Source: an uncultured Pirellulales bacterium (GTDB lineage: Bacteria; Planctomycetota; Phycisphaerae; Sedimentisphaerales; Anaerobacaceae). From it: 42,013 nt of DNA. Shown here piece by piece: positions 35,263 through 42,013 of this stretch. Numbering within the stretch: position 1 is the stretch's first letter; every line of letters starts with the position of its first letter. The stretch is taken from the NCBI GenBank assembly GCA_964348055.1, contig CAYGBH010000001.1, positions 1 to 42,013 on the forward strand, given 5' to 3'. The notes under the pieces were generated by a model. That model searched no databases and was not told the origin of the DNA. It saw only the letters and a list, made by a program, of their open reading frames with translations. Made by a program: the position numbers and the translations under genes.

Positions 35263-36615
35263 TTACGGCTCTTTTACAGTTTCTGGAGAGTGTGTTCGAC
35301 GTCCCTTCACACCCATTGATTTAAAGAAAATTCTGATATTAAAAAATGCAAAAACATATACCAAGCCGACAGACAAGAACAGGCTTAAGAAGGCTGTCAA
35401 ACCAACATGATAGGCCTTGATGGGCTGGACCGGTTTGCTGGGAACCACTGCGTTGTGAAGCACTCTAATTTCGCTCTGGGTTGTAGTTGCTTGTCCGAGC
35501 GCTTCGACATAAAAATCGTTCAAATGGTTGTATTCACGAGTACATGCTTCGATTCTCATATTAAGATTCTTAATCTTTCTATCGAGGGACGGCAATTTAT
35601 CGAGCCTTGCCTTCAAATCCTTAATCGAAGTCGTTATGAATTCACTTCTTTTCAGTAGAGATTCTAAGTCAATTTCCTTGAAAAGTATCTCTGATTCCAT
35701 CTTTTTTATGTCTTCAGGATGGATATAACTCTTGGATTTCTTTTCCGCCGCCAATCGCAGTTCTGTAACTTCTTTTCGCTTTTCTTCAATCTGTGCCTTA
35801 AGTCTAATTATCTCCAGTTCCAATTCGTAAAGGCTGTTTACCCCTTTGGTTGTTTCTTCCGGGACAGAAACAACTTTGTTTTGCACGAGCAAGGCTTCCA
35901 ATTCGGTACGAAGCTTTTCTATTTCTATTTCTTTTTCATTCAGTTGTTCCCTTAACTGGCGGTATTTGTCCTCGGCAGGATTTTTTTCCTGATCTTTTAA
36001 CCAGTTAACCAGGATTTGGCCGGCTGTATCCACAATCGTGGCTGCTCTCTCGGGGTATTTGTCCTTAATCACCAGATAGTAAATATAAGAATCTTTAGTG
36101 GCCTTGAGCTTTAAGCCCTTCCTAAGTCCTTTGATAGCCCTAACCAGGGGTTCCTCTTCTATGACGCGACCGTGTTTCAGTATTGATCTAAGATTTGAAA
36201 GTTGTTCCTTAGCAAAATCTTTTGTCTGCTGGAACCAACGTTTGTACCATAGCGAATCATAGACGGTTACCTCTTCCTTGTCCAGGCCGAGTTCATTCAC
36301 GACGGGCTTAAGGATTACTTCACTTCTTAGTATATCCTGTAGAGTTTGGATGATAACCTTAAACGGAGGAGTGGGAGCTGGGGCACCGAATGTTTCTGTA
36401 TCTTTTTGTCTGAGCAGGCTTGTTTCCAGGGGACGATAGAATATAGGCACACCGGTCTCGTATTTCTCGGAGAAGACATAGGTAAGAGCCAGCGAGCACA
36501 GACAAGCGGACAGGCAGAAGACTAAAACGAACGACTTTTGCTGCATCAGAATAGTCACGTACTTGCGGAAGTCTATATTGAACAGGTACTTGAATGGGTC
36601 TCTTTGTTCAGACAT
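35263..36615 (-). CDS. Wzz/GumC-like polysaccharide co-polymerase (chain-length determinant), with no kinase domain
   Basis: The N-terminal TM is 'FVLVFCLSACLCSLALTYVF' and the C-terminal TM is 'GLTAFLSLFLSVGLVYVFAFF'. Between them lies a long periplasmic region rich in coiled coil ('LREQLNEKEIEIEKLRTELEAL...'). No Walker A/B or Tyr-rich tail is present. Confidence 0.8.
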   Translation of the reverse strand: MSEQRDPFKYLFNIDFRKYVTILMQQKSFVLVFCLSACLCSLALTYVFSEKYETGVPIFYRPLETSLLRQKDTETFGAPAPTPPFKVIIQTLQDILRSEVILKPVVNELGLDKEEVTVYDSLWYKRWFQQTKDFAKEQLSNLRSILKHGRVIEEEPLVRAIKGLRKGLKLKATKDSYIYYLVIKDKYPERAATIVDTAGQILVNWLKDQEKNPAEDKYRQLREQLNEKEIEIEKLRTELEALLVQNKVVSVPEETTKGVNSLYELELEIIRLKAQIEEKRKEVTELRLAAEKKSKSYIHPEDIKKMESEILFKEIDLESLLKRSEFITTSIKDLKARLDKLPSLDRKIKNLNMRIEACTREYNHLNDFYVEALGQATTTQSEIRVLHNAVVPSKPVQPIKAYHVGLTAFLSLFLSVGLVYVFAFFNIRIFFKSMGVKGRRTHSPETVKEP

Positions 36616-36660
36616 GTCAAAACACCCTAAGTTTTTTGATAAAATCCTTTTTGAGCCTGG

Positions 36661-38220
36661 TCAGGCTGCCGGCACATCCTTTACTTTAATATGCTTTCTC
36701 TTCTTCAACACGATGCTCAGAAGCTTTCGAGTATCGGAAAGCTTGGCATGGCCGATACGTTCGACCTTTGTGCTCTCTACACCCCTTAAGATGTTAAATA
36801 TCGTTGAAAACAACCGCCATGGCCTACACAGGTAGCTGATAAAGAAAAACTGCAGATAGCCCCATCTGCGCCACCTGGCTATTCTCTTCGGTGAAACTCC
36901 CTCAATCCAGGACGCTGCTCGGGAAAGATCTGACATATATAAAAGATCGGAAAAGAACTTATCCGTCAGCTCAACTTTCCCCTGCTCCATTAACATATAA
37001 AACAGCTTCGAGCCCGGCAGAGCTGTAAATGTACAGATACTTATCTCATGAACACCTATCCAGGCAAGTTTCCTCATGAACTTGAAGGATTTTCTGATAT
37101 CAGCAATCGTGTCATGGGGGAAGCCTATGGCAAAAAAGGCACAGACAACAAAACCCTTCTTTATAAGCCGTCTGGAACCTTCCACAATATCATTCAGGTC
37201 CAAATCCTTTTCAATCAGACTTAAAGTCTTTGGGCAGCCACTCTCAGGCGCAAACGCGACATTGGAACAACCGCTGGCCTTGAGCTTGTCGATTACTTCG
37301 TCATCGAAGATCTCGGACCTTGTTCCGTTGGGCATTTGCCATGTTATTTTCAGACCTCGTTTTAAAACCTCGTCAGCAAACTCGATAGCCCATGACCTAT
37401 CAAATATCATGGTGAGGTCTTCGAAGTGGAAATCATCGATACCGTACAATTTGTACCAGTGCTCCATCTCATCGACTACATTCTTAGGTGATCTGCTACG
37501 CCACTTTGGCAACCACATTTTGGGAGCTGTACAAAACGTGCAAGTATAAGGACATCCCCTGGTGGCGATCATCTGCAGGCATCTTCCTCGCGAAGCGCCG
37601 TGAGGGCTTCTTGCCTGGATATAATTTTCGATTGGCAGCAGGTCGTAGGCCGGAAACGGTAAAATGTCCAGATCCTCGATCAAATCCGTCAGTTGTTTCT
37701 CTTTGACAACAGGTTTGCCGTCATGCATATAGGCAATACCACTGAGGTCATCTGTACTCTGCTTCTTTTCAAGTCGTTCGACAAGTTTTAGAAATGTTAT
37801 TTCCCCCTCCCCGAGAACCACATAATCTATGGTCCCATGCGAAAGGATAAAATCAGGAATTGCGGTCTGGTTGATACCACCAGTGACAATTGGGATCTTG
37901 GGGAATTTTTCCTTTATCATACGAGTGAGTTTGCGAACCACAGGCCAGGCGTGGGAAAACAGATTTGTGACTCCGATGACATCCAAACCGTCGGGTATCC
38001 GGTCCAATATTTCCGGCAGAGTAAGACCGCGAAGCGTGGCTTCTCCATCTTTGGTGAAGATATCAACTCCTGATCCGAGGGCATCGATGAATTGAACGTT
38101 ATGCCCATGTTTACGAAGATATGCTGCTATGTAAGCAGCTCCGATCGGCGGGACTACACCACTGGCAATCTGAGTCACCCTGTACACTTGTGGTGGATTG
38201 ATTAAAAGTACGTTTGCCAT
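36661..38220 (-). CDS. B12-binding-domain radical SAM protein (class B-like), second copy
   Basis: The B12-binding-like N-domain is indicated by 'MANVLLINPP...', 'VIGVTNLF' and 'IPIVTGGINQT'. It is followed by 'MIATRGCPYTCTFCTAP' (CX3CX2C). A strong GGAGGAG lies 11 nt upstream of the ATG. Confidence 0.85.
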   Translation of the reverse strand: MANVLLINPPQVYRVTQIASGVVPPIGAAYIAAYLRKHGHNVQFIDALGSGVDIFTKDGEATLRGLTLPEILDRIPDGLDVIGVTNLFSHAWPVVRKLTRMIKEKFPKIPIVTGGINQTAIPDFILSHGTIDYVVLGEGEITFLKLVERLEKKQSTDDLSGIAYMHDGKPVVKEKQLTDLIEDLDILPFPAYDLLPIENYIQARSPHGASRGRCLQMIATRGCPYTCTFCTAPKMWLPKWRSRSPKNVVDEMEHWYKLYGIDDFHFEDLTMIFDRSWAIEFADEVLKRGLKITWQMPNGTRSEIFDDEVIDKLKASGCSNVAFAPESGCPKTLSLIEKDLDLNDIVEGSRRLIKKGFVVCAFFAIGFPHDTIADIRKSFKFMRKLAWIGVHEISICTFTALPGSKLFYMLMEQGKVELTDKFFSDLLYMSDLSRAASWIEGVSPKRIARWRRWGYLQFFFISYLCRPWRLFSTIFNILRGVESTKVERIGHAKLSDTRKLLSIVLKKRKHIKVKDVPAA

Positions 38221-38241
38221 ATTAACCTCATCTCCTCCGAG

Positions 38242-39189
38242 TTATGTTGTACTAATTTCAGACGTTTTTAACTCTTTATAATACTTGATGATCTCATTAA
38301 TTTTGTCACTCAATTTTGCCTTAGGGTGGTAGCCCAGGTTATTCTGAGCCCGATTTATATTAGCAACAGAGTATCGTAGCTCTCCGGGCTGAGCATCACC
38401 ATGCACAGGTTGAATTTTGGGATCGATCCTGTCACAAAGCAACTTGGCGATATAATTAACAGATATCTTCACACCGGTCCCAATATTAAAAATACCCCGA
38501 GGTATCGTCGATTTCATAGATAAAATATTCGCAGTGACAATGTCGCTTACGTGTGTGAAGTCGCGCTGTTGTTGACCATTGCCAAAAATTACAGGAGCTT
38601 TTCTATCAAGAAGGTTATTTATAAAGATGGTTATGACTCCTACATATGGGGTAAAGGCCTGACCCGTTCCATAAGTATTAAAGTAACGAAGCACATGGCA
38701 ATCTATATTAGTGTACTCTGAAAACTGCAGACAATACTTTTCACTCGCTAATTTCGAGACTCCATATGGAGAAATGGGTTCTGTTCTATAATCCTCCGCA
38801 ATTGGTTCGGGCGCGGGACAGTCGGCATAAACAGCCATTGAAGACGCAAAGATAATTTTTTTCACTGTGCTATTGAGACAACATCTGAGGAGATTAACCG
38901 TTCCCATAAGGTTATTTTCTGCATCATCATAAAATCCATCTACCGAGGAGCGAATACTTACTCTGGCGGCCTCATGAAAGATAATGTCCACTCCCTTGAG
39001 CGCCTTTAGAATGTCGTCCCGGCATCGCACATCTCCGTGAATGAATTTCGCACCTTCGGGAACATTTTCAATCTTTCCGACTGAAAGGTTGTCTATAATG
39101 ACGACTTCCATCGCCTCTTTTAAAAGTGTCCGCGCAAGATGGGAGCCAATAAATCCGGCACCCCCTGTCACTAACGCTCTTTCATACAT
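38242..39189 (-). CDS. NAD-dependent nucleotide-sugar epimerase/dehydratase (extended SDR, GalE-like)
   Basis: The Rossmann motif is 'LVTGGAGFIGSHL'. The catalytic elements are 'ASSMAVY' and 'YGVSKLASE' (YxxxK). Confidence 0.9.
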   Translation of the reverse strand: MYERALVTGGAGFIGSHLARTLLKEAMEVVIIDNLSVGKIENVPEGAKFIHGDVRCRDDILKALKGVDIIFHEAARVSIRSSVDGFYDDAENNLMGTVNLLRCCLNSTVKKIIFASSMAVYADCPAPEPIAEDYRTEPISPYGVSKLASEKYCLQFSEYTNIDCHVLRYFNTYGTGQAFTPYVGVITIFINNLLDRKAPVIFGNGQQQRDFTHVSDIVTANILSMKSTIPRGIFNIGTGVKISVNYIAKLLCDRIDPKIQPVHGDAQPGELRYSVANINRAQNNLGYHPKAKLSDKINEIIKYYKELKTSEISTT

Positions 39190-39281
39190 AACTTGTTACT
39201 TTCTACATTGATCTTAAGACTTTGTTTTGCTTCGTTCTTTGTGTTTCTCATGGAGCAATCAGCCCTATTGTTAGGCTGCGT

Positions 39282-40244
39282 TTACAAAATATCAAGTGGT
39301 GTTTTTTCCTGTATGAATTGCCGGCAGTCGATTTGATGCTCGGGTGCTACAATAAAGCGATCGATGTCCTCAGTTGATGTGACTACCGTATAAGGGAAAA
39401 TCACCGTATTGATTATCTTGATAGGGTGCTGGATAACTGCGCCGACACCCACAACCGAATTTTCGATCTTTGCCCCAGAATGAATGTCAGTCGAATCACC
39501 GATTAAGGTCTTTTTGCCAAGCCTTTTTAGCTGGTGAAGATTACAGGTCAGAACGTCAGCAGGGAAGGTGACGTTCATATCCCACTTGACGACATCAGCA
39601 ATTAGAACGGGGAATTCGTCTTCAATGACAATCTGAATGGTATCGGTGATTTCGTACTCATCTCTCATAGCTGTCCTTGGCGTGCGCCTTATGGCATCGA
39701 ACACATGCTGATCAAAGAGGTATAAACCACATCCTTTTATTTTGGTGGTGGTATGGCGAGGTTTTTCTATAACTCTTTTTGCCTTGTTATCATCACCGAG
39801 CAATACCGTGAAATTTCGCTTGATAACTTCCGGGTTCTCTTCGTATTTGACGGCAAGAACCACACTTGCATTGTTGGCAATCATTTTTTCTTTCATACTT
39901 CTCAAATCTTCGGTGACGAAGAAGACATCCCCCAGAGATAGGAGGAAAGGAGAAGATATGTACGATTCCAGCTTTCCCAATGCGTGCGCTATGCCTAGTG
40001 TTTCTTTTTGCTCGACATATCTGATCTTTACCCCTAGATAGCGTCCGTCCCCCAAAGCCTGTGCGATTTCGTGTCCAAGGTGACCTATGACAATTATGAT
40101 CTCCTCTATATCCAGTTCCTTCATCATCTCGATTTGGTAGTGAAGCAATGGCTTGTTGCAAATGGGCAATATCGGCTTGGGATAACGCGTACTGAAAGGC
40201 TCCATTCTTGTGCCTTTGCCCGCCGCTAGGATTACTCCAATCAT
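39282..40244 (-). CDS. Sugar-1-phosphate nucleotidylyltransferase with a C-terminal left-handed beta-helix-like region
   Basis: The NTP-transferase motif is 'GVILAAGKGTRMEPFSTRYPKPILPICNKPLL', followed by 'LGIAHAL'. The C-terminus has hexapeptide-like repeats ('IHSGAKIENSVVGVGAVIQ'). The listed start at 40256 is TTG; the ATG is at 40244. Confidence 0.88.
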   Translation of the reverse strand: MIGVILAAGKGTRMEPFSTRYPKPILPICNKPLLHYQIEMMKELDIEEIIIVIGHLGHEIAQALGDGRYLGVKIRYVEQKETLGIAHALGKLESYISSPFLLSLGDVFFVTEDLRSMKEKMIANNASVVLAVKYEENPEVIKRNFTVLLGDDNKAKRVIEKPRHTTTKIKGCGLYLFDQHVFDAIRRTPRTAMRDEYEITDTIQIVIEDEFPVLIADVVKWDMNVTFPADVLTCNLHQLKRLGKKTLIGDSTDIHSGAKIENSVVGVGAVIQHPIKIINTVIFPYTVVTSTEDIDRFIVAPEHQIDCRQFIQEKTPLDIL

Positions 40245-40268
40245 TTGATACTTCAACCTTGTCTGTTA

Positions 40269-41003
40269 TTAAAGTTTATTTATGACCTTTTTTCGATAAA
40301 GTCTGAGTTTAAATTTCAGGTAGAAAAGGAAACAAAGCATCTCAAAGCCTGTTCTAAAAACTCTGAGCTTTGTTTCGCCGCCTTCTCTGGCATGATGTTT
40401 TATTCCCATTTCTCCCACTTTATACCCCTGGGCTTTCAGGCGTATCATGATCTCCGTTGGCGTGGGCCATGCCCGTGCTTCGATGCGCATACTCCTAATA
40501 GCATCTCCCTTGAAGACCTTCAAAGCGCAATTAGTGTCCTTCTGGTTAAGCCAGAACATTATCCTGACTATGAGATTCAAAACCCGGTCCGCAAAGACCC
40601 GAATAAACTTGTCTTCTTTCCGGATCCTGTAGCCGGTTACTACATCGAGGTTTTCTTTTTGCAGTTTCTCGAGCATGGGGGCATAATCAGCCAGATCGAA
40701 TTGACCGTCCGAGTCCAACATAACCACATACTCACCTCTGGTGGCATATATGGCACTAAACAGAGCGTTGCCGTAACCACTGGGCTGCGGTGCATGGACC
40801 ACTGTAAGGTTTGTGTGCTCTGTGCCTAAACGCTCCAGAATCTCGAGAGTTTTGTCGTTACTGCCGCCGTCTCCCAGCACAACCTCATGGGAGATGCCAT
40901 TTTTCTTCAGGACTTCAAACCAGTATCTGATGATTTCCTCTATGACCTGTTCTTCGTTATAGACAGGAGCCACCACAGATAGAGAAACGGAATTCTTTTC
41001 CAT
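40269..41003 (-). CDS. GT2 glycosyltransferase, probably a polyprenyl-phosphate sugar synthase (DPM1/GtrB/ArnC-like), copy 2 of a tandem pair
   Basis: GT2 motifs are 'LSVVAPVYNEE', 'GDGGSNDKT' and 'MLDSDGQFD'. The C-terminus has a hydrophobic/amphipathic tail 'FEMLCFLFYLKFKL'. The listed start at 41042 is TTG, overlapping the upstream stop. The ATG at 41003 aligns with the paralog's N-terminus. Confidence 0.8.
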   Translation of the reverse strand: MEKNSVSLSVVAPVYNEEQVIEEIIRYWFEVLKKNGISHEVVLGDGGSNDKTLEILERLGTEHTNLTVVHAPQPSGYGNALFSAIYATRGEYVVMLDSDGQFDLADYAPMLEKLQKENLDVVTGYRIRKEDKFIRVFADRVLNLIVRIMFWLNQKDTNCALKVFKGDAIRSMRIEARAWPTPTEIMIRLKAQGYKVGEMGIKHHAREGGETKLRVFRTGFEMLCFLFYLKFKLRLYRKKVINKL

Positions 41004-41038
41004 AATTGATACGTGACCATCAAAAGATGATGATGAAA

Positions 41039-41788
41039 TCAAAAATCATTAATGACCCTGGTTCTTTTCAGAAAAAGTTTCAATCGCAGGTAAAGAAGAA
41101 ACAGGAGCATATCCCATCCGGTCCGAATCAGTCTCAGATGAGACTGTCCACCGGTCCTTTCTTTGTGGTTAATGCCGACCTCACCTATTCGAGCACCCTG
41201 TCCCTGCAGTCGCAGGAGAATTTCGGTTGGCGTTGGGTAGAACCTTGCCTCGATCGTTATATTTCTGATTAAATCCCCTTTGAAAAGCTTCAGGGCACAG
41301 TTTGTGTCTTTGTACTTCAGACCAAAGAGTACCCTGACAATGATATTTAAAAACCGGTCTGCTAAAATTCTCAGGAATGTGTCTTTTTTTCCCATTCGAT
41401 AGCCCGTCACCGTGTCATAGTTGTTCTTAAGACATTCCTGTAGAAGCGGCAGATAATCTGAAAGTTCGAATTGGCCGTCAGAATCTATCGTAACAACGTA
41501 TTGACCACGGCTGGCGTAAATAGCCTTGAAAAGGGCATCCCCATACCCGCCGTTTTGCTTCGAGTGGACTGCCCGAAGATTCGGAAACTCTTCCGCAAGT
41601 TGTTCCAGGATCTGTTTTGTTCCGTCGGTGCTGCCGTCATTGCCAATCACTATTTCGGTGGCATGTTCACACTTCTCCAGGACCTTTTCCCAATTTCGGA
41701 TGACCGCATCAATGTTTTCTTCCTCATTATAGGCCGGCGCTACCACGGATAGGAATATGTCACTGTTTGTCTTGTCCGGTCCCTTCAT
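41039..41788 (-). CDS. GT2 glycosyltransferase, probably a polyprenyl-phosphate sugar synthase (DPM1/GtrB/ArnC-like), copy 1 of a tandem pair
   Basis: GT2 motifs are 'LSVVAPAYNEE', 'GNDGSTDGT' and 'TIDSDGQFE', with the tail 'WDMLLFLLYLRLKL'. By eye it is roughly half identical to the downstream copy along its full length. Confidence 0.8.
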   Translation of the reverse strand: MKGPDKTNSDIFLSVVAPAYNEEENIDAVIRNWEKVLEKCEHATEIVIGNDGSTDGTKQILEQLAEEFPNLRAVHSKQNGGYGDALFKAIYASRGQYVVTIDSDGQFELSDYLPLLQECLKNNYDTVTGYRMGKKDTFLRILADRFLNIIVRVLFGLKYKDTNCALKLFKGDLIRNITIEARFYPTPTEILLRLQGQGARIGEVGINHKERTGGQSHLRLIRTGWDMLLFLLYLRLKLFLKRTRVINDF

Positions 41789-41804
41789 GGAACAACATTA
41801 ACCT

Positions 41805-42013
41805 TTATGATGTTTTTACCTTTTGTTTTTTCATATAGGAGAACGAATGCAATCCTAACATAATAAGTGGGATAATTTTCATCTTCTGGGTCCTGATCTT
41901 ACTGTAAACAAAACTCAGCTTGAAAATAAGATGAAATATAGCATTTTTAGGTAGCCTGATGATGCATCGCACCACGAACAGGGGCATTCTCAATTGGGCG
42001 AACACCTGCATCA
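41805..42013 (-). CDS. 3' end of an unidentified gene running off the window edge (hydrophobic, possibly a membrane protein)
   Basis: The frame is open to the window end. The C-terminal 68 codons are hydrophobic/basic ('PLFVVRCIIRL...IIPLIMLGLHSF'). The stop lies 16 nt before the next operon gene. I recognise no family motif. Confidence 0.35.
   Translation of the reverse strand, partial: MQVFAQLRMPLFVVRCIIRLPKNAIFHLIFKLSFVYSKIRTQKMKIIPLIMLGLHSFSYMKKQKVKTS

Noticed and set aside
39174-39251. A 26-codon minus-strand ORF (MRNTKNEAKQSLKINVESNKLCMKER) in the spacer before the epimerase gene
   Set aside because: It is hydrophilic and low-complexity, overlaps the epimerase start out of frame, and has no Shine-Dalgarno site. 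It is most likely noise.
40245-40829. A 194-aa plus-strand ORF antisense to the GT2 gene, and similarly 37076..37549 (157 aa) antisense to the B12-rSAM gene
   Set aside because: These are shadow ORFs opposite genes with clear family motifs. They have no motifs of their own, and every supported gene in this half is on the minus strand.
1-42013. A search for hallmarks of defence or mobile systems (integrase, transposase, reverse transcriptase, Cas, restriction/modification, toxin-antitoxin, ATPase-nuclease pairs)
   Set aside because: None of the ORFs shows such motifs. The accessory character of the right half rests on composition, the pseudogene scar and the palindromic element only.

Overview
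This 42-kb window has two compositionally distinct halves that meet at a convergent junction near 16.7 kb. I could not run any database search, so every family call rests on motifs read directly from the translations.

LEFT HALF (1-16.7 kb). Hand counts of single 60-nt lines give about 53-60% GC. Nearly all genes are on the + strand and encode secreted glycan-degrading proteins:
- a 5'-truncated GH2;
- a secreted TIM-barrel-like hydrolase;
- a Cys-type sulfatase with a Tat leader and a lipobox-like site;
- a YesU(DUF1961)-esterase fusion;
- a DUF4962/heparinase II/III-like lyase;
- a 1086-aa secreted protein with a methyltransferase-like domain followed by PQQ-type beta-propellers.
This half also holds one minus-strand PflX-type radical SAM gene with a twin-arginine leader, a decayed FGE-like fragment, and two long non-coding gaps.

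RIGHT HALF (16.7-42 kb). Hand-counted lines give about 32-47% GC, with one local 53% line, and every gene is on the - strand. It is a tightly packed operon of about 25 kb and about 20 genes for Wzx/Wzy-type glycan assembly. The standard parts are a nucleotidyltransferase, an epimerase, four GT2 and one GT4 glycosyltransferases, a phosphoglycosyl transferase, Wzx, a Wzy/ligase-like protein and a Wzz-like protein.

The operon is unusual because it also contains:
- FIVE radical SAM genes (three SPASM-type, two B12-binding), plus a decayed remnant of a fourth SPASM paralog at the island edge;
- a UGM-like flavoprotein;
- a TolB-like lipoprotein;
- a cytoplasmic alkaline-phosphatase-superfamily enzyme;
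- an unlisted 44-codon membrane ORF;
- a 95-bp palindromic element between wzy and wzx.

I consider this radical-SAM-dense glycan locus the best candidate for an undescribed system, most likely radical sugar tailoring of a surface polysaccharide. I found no rRNA, tRNA, CRISPR array, integrase, transposase or recognisable defence genes.
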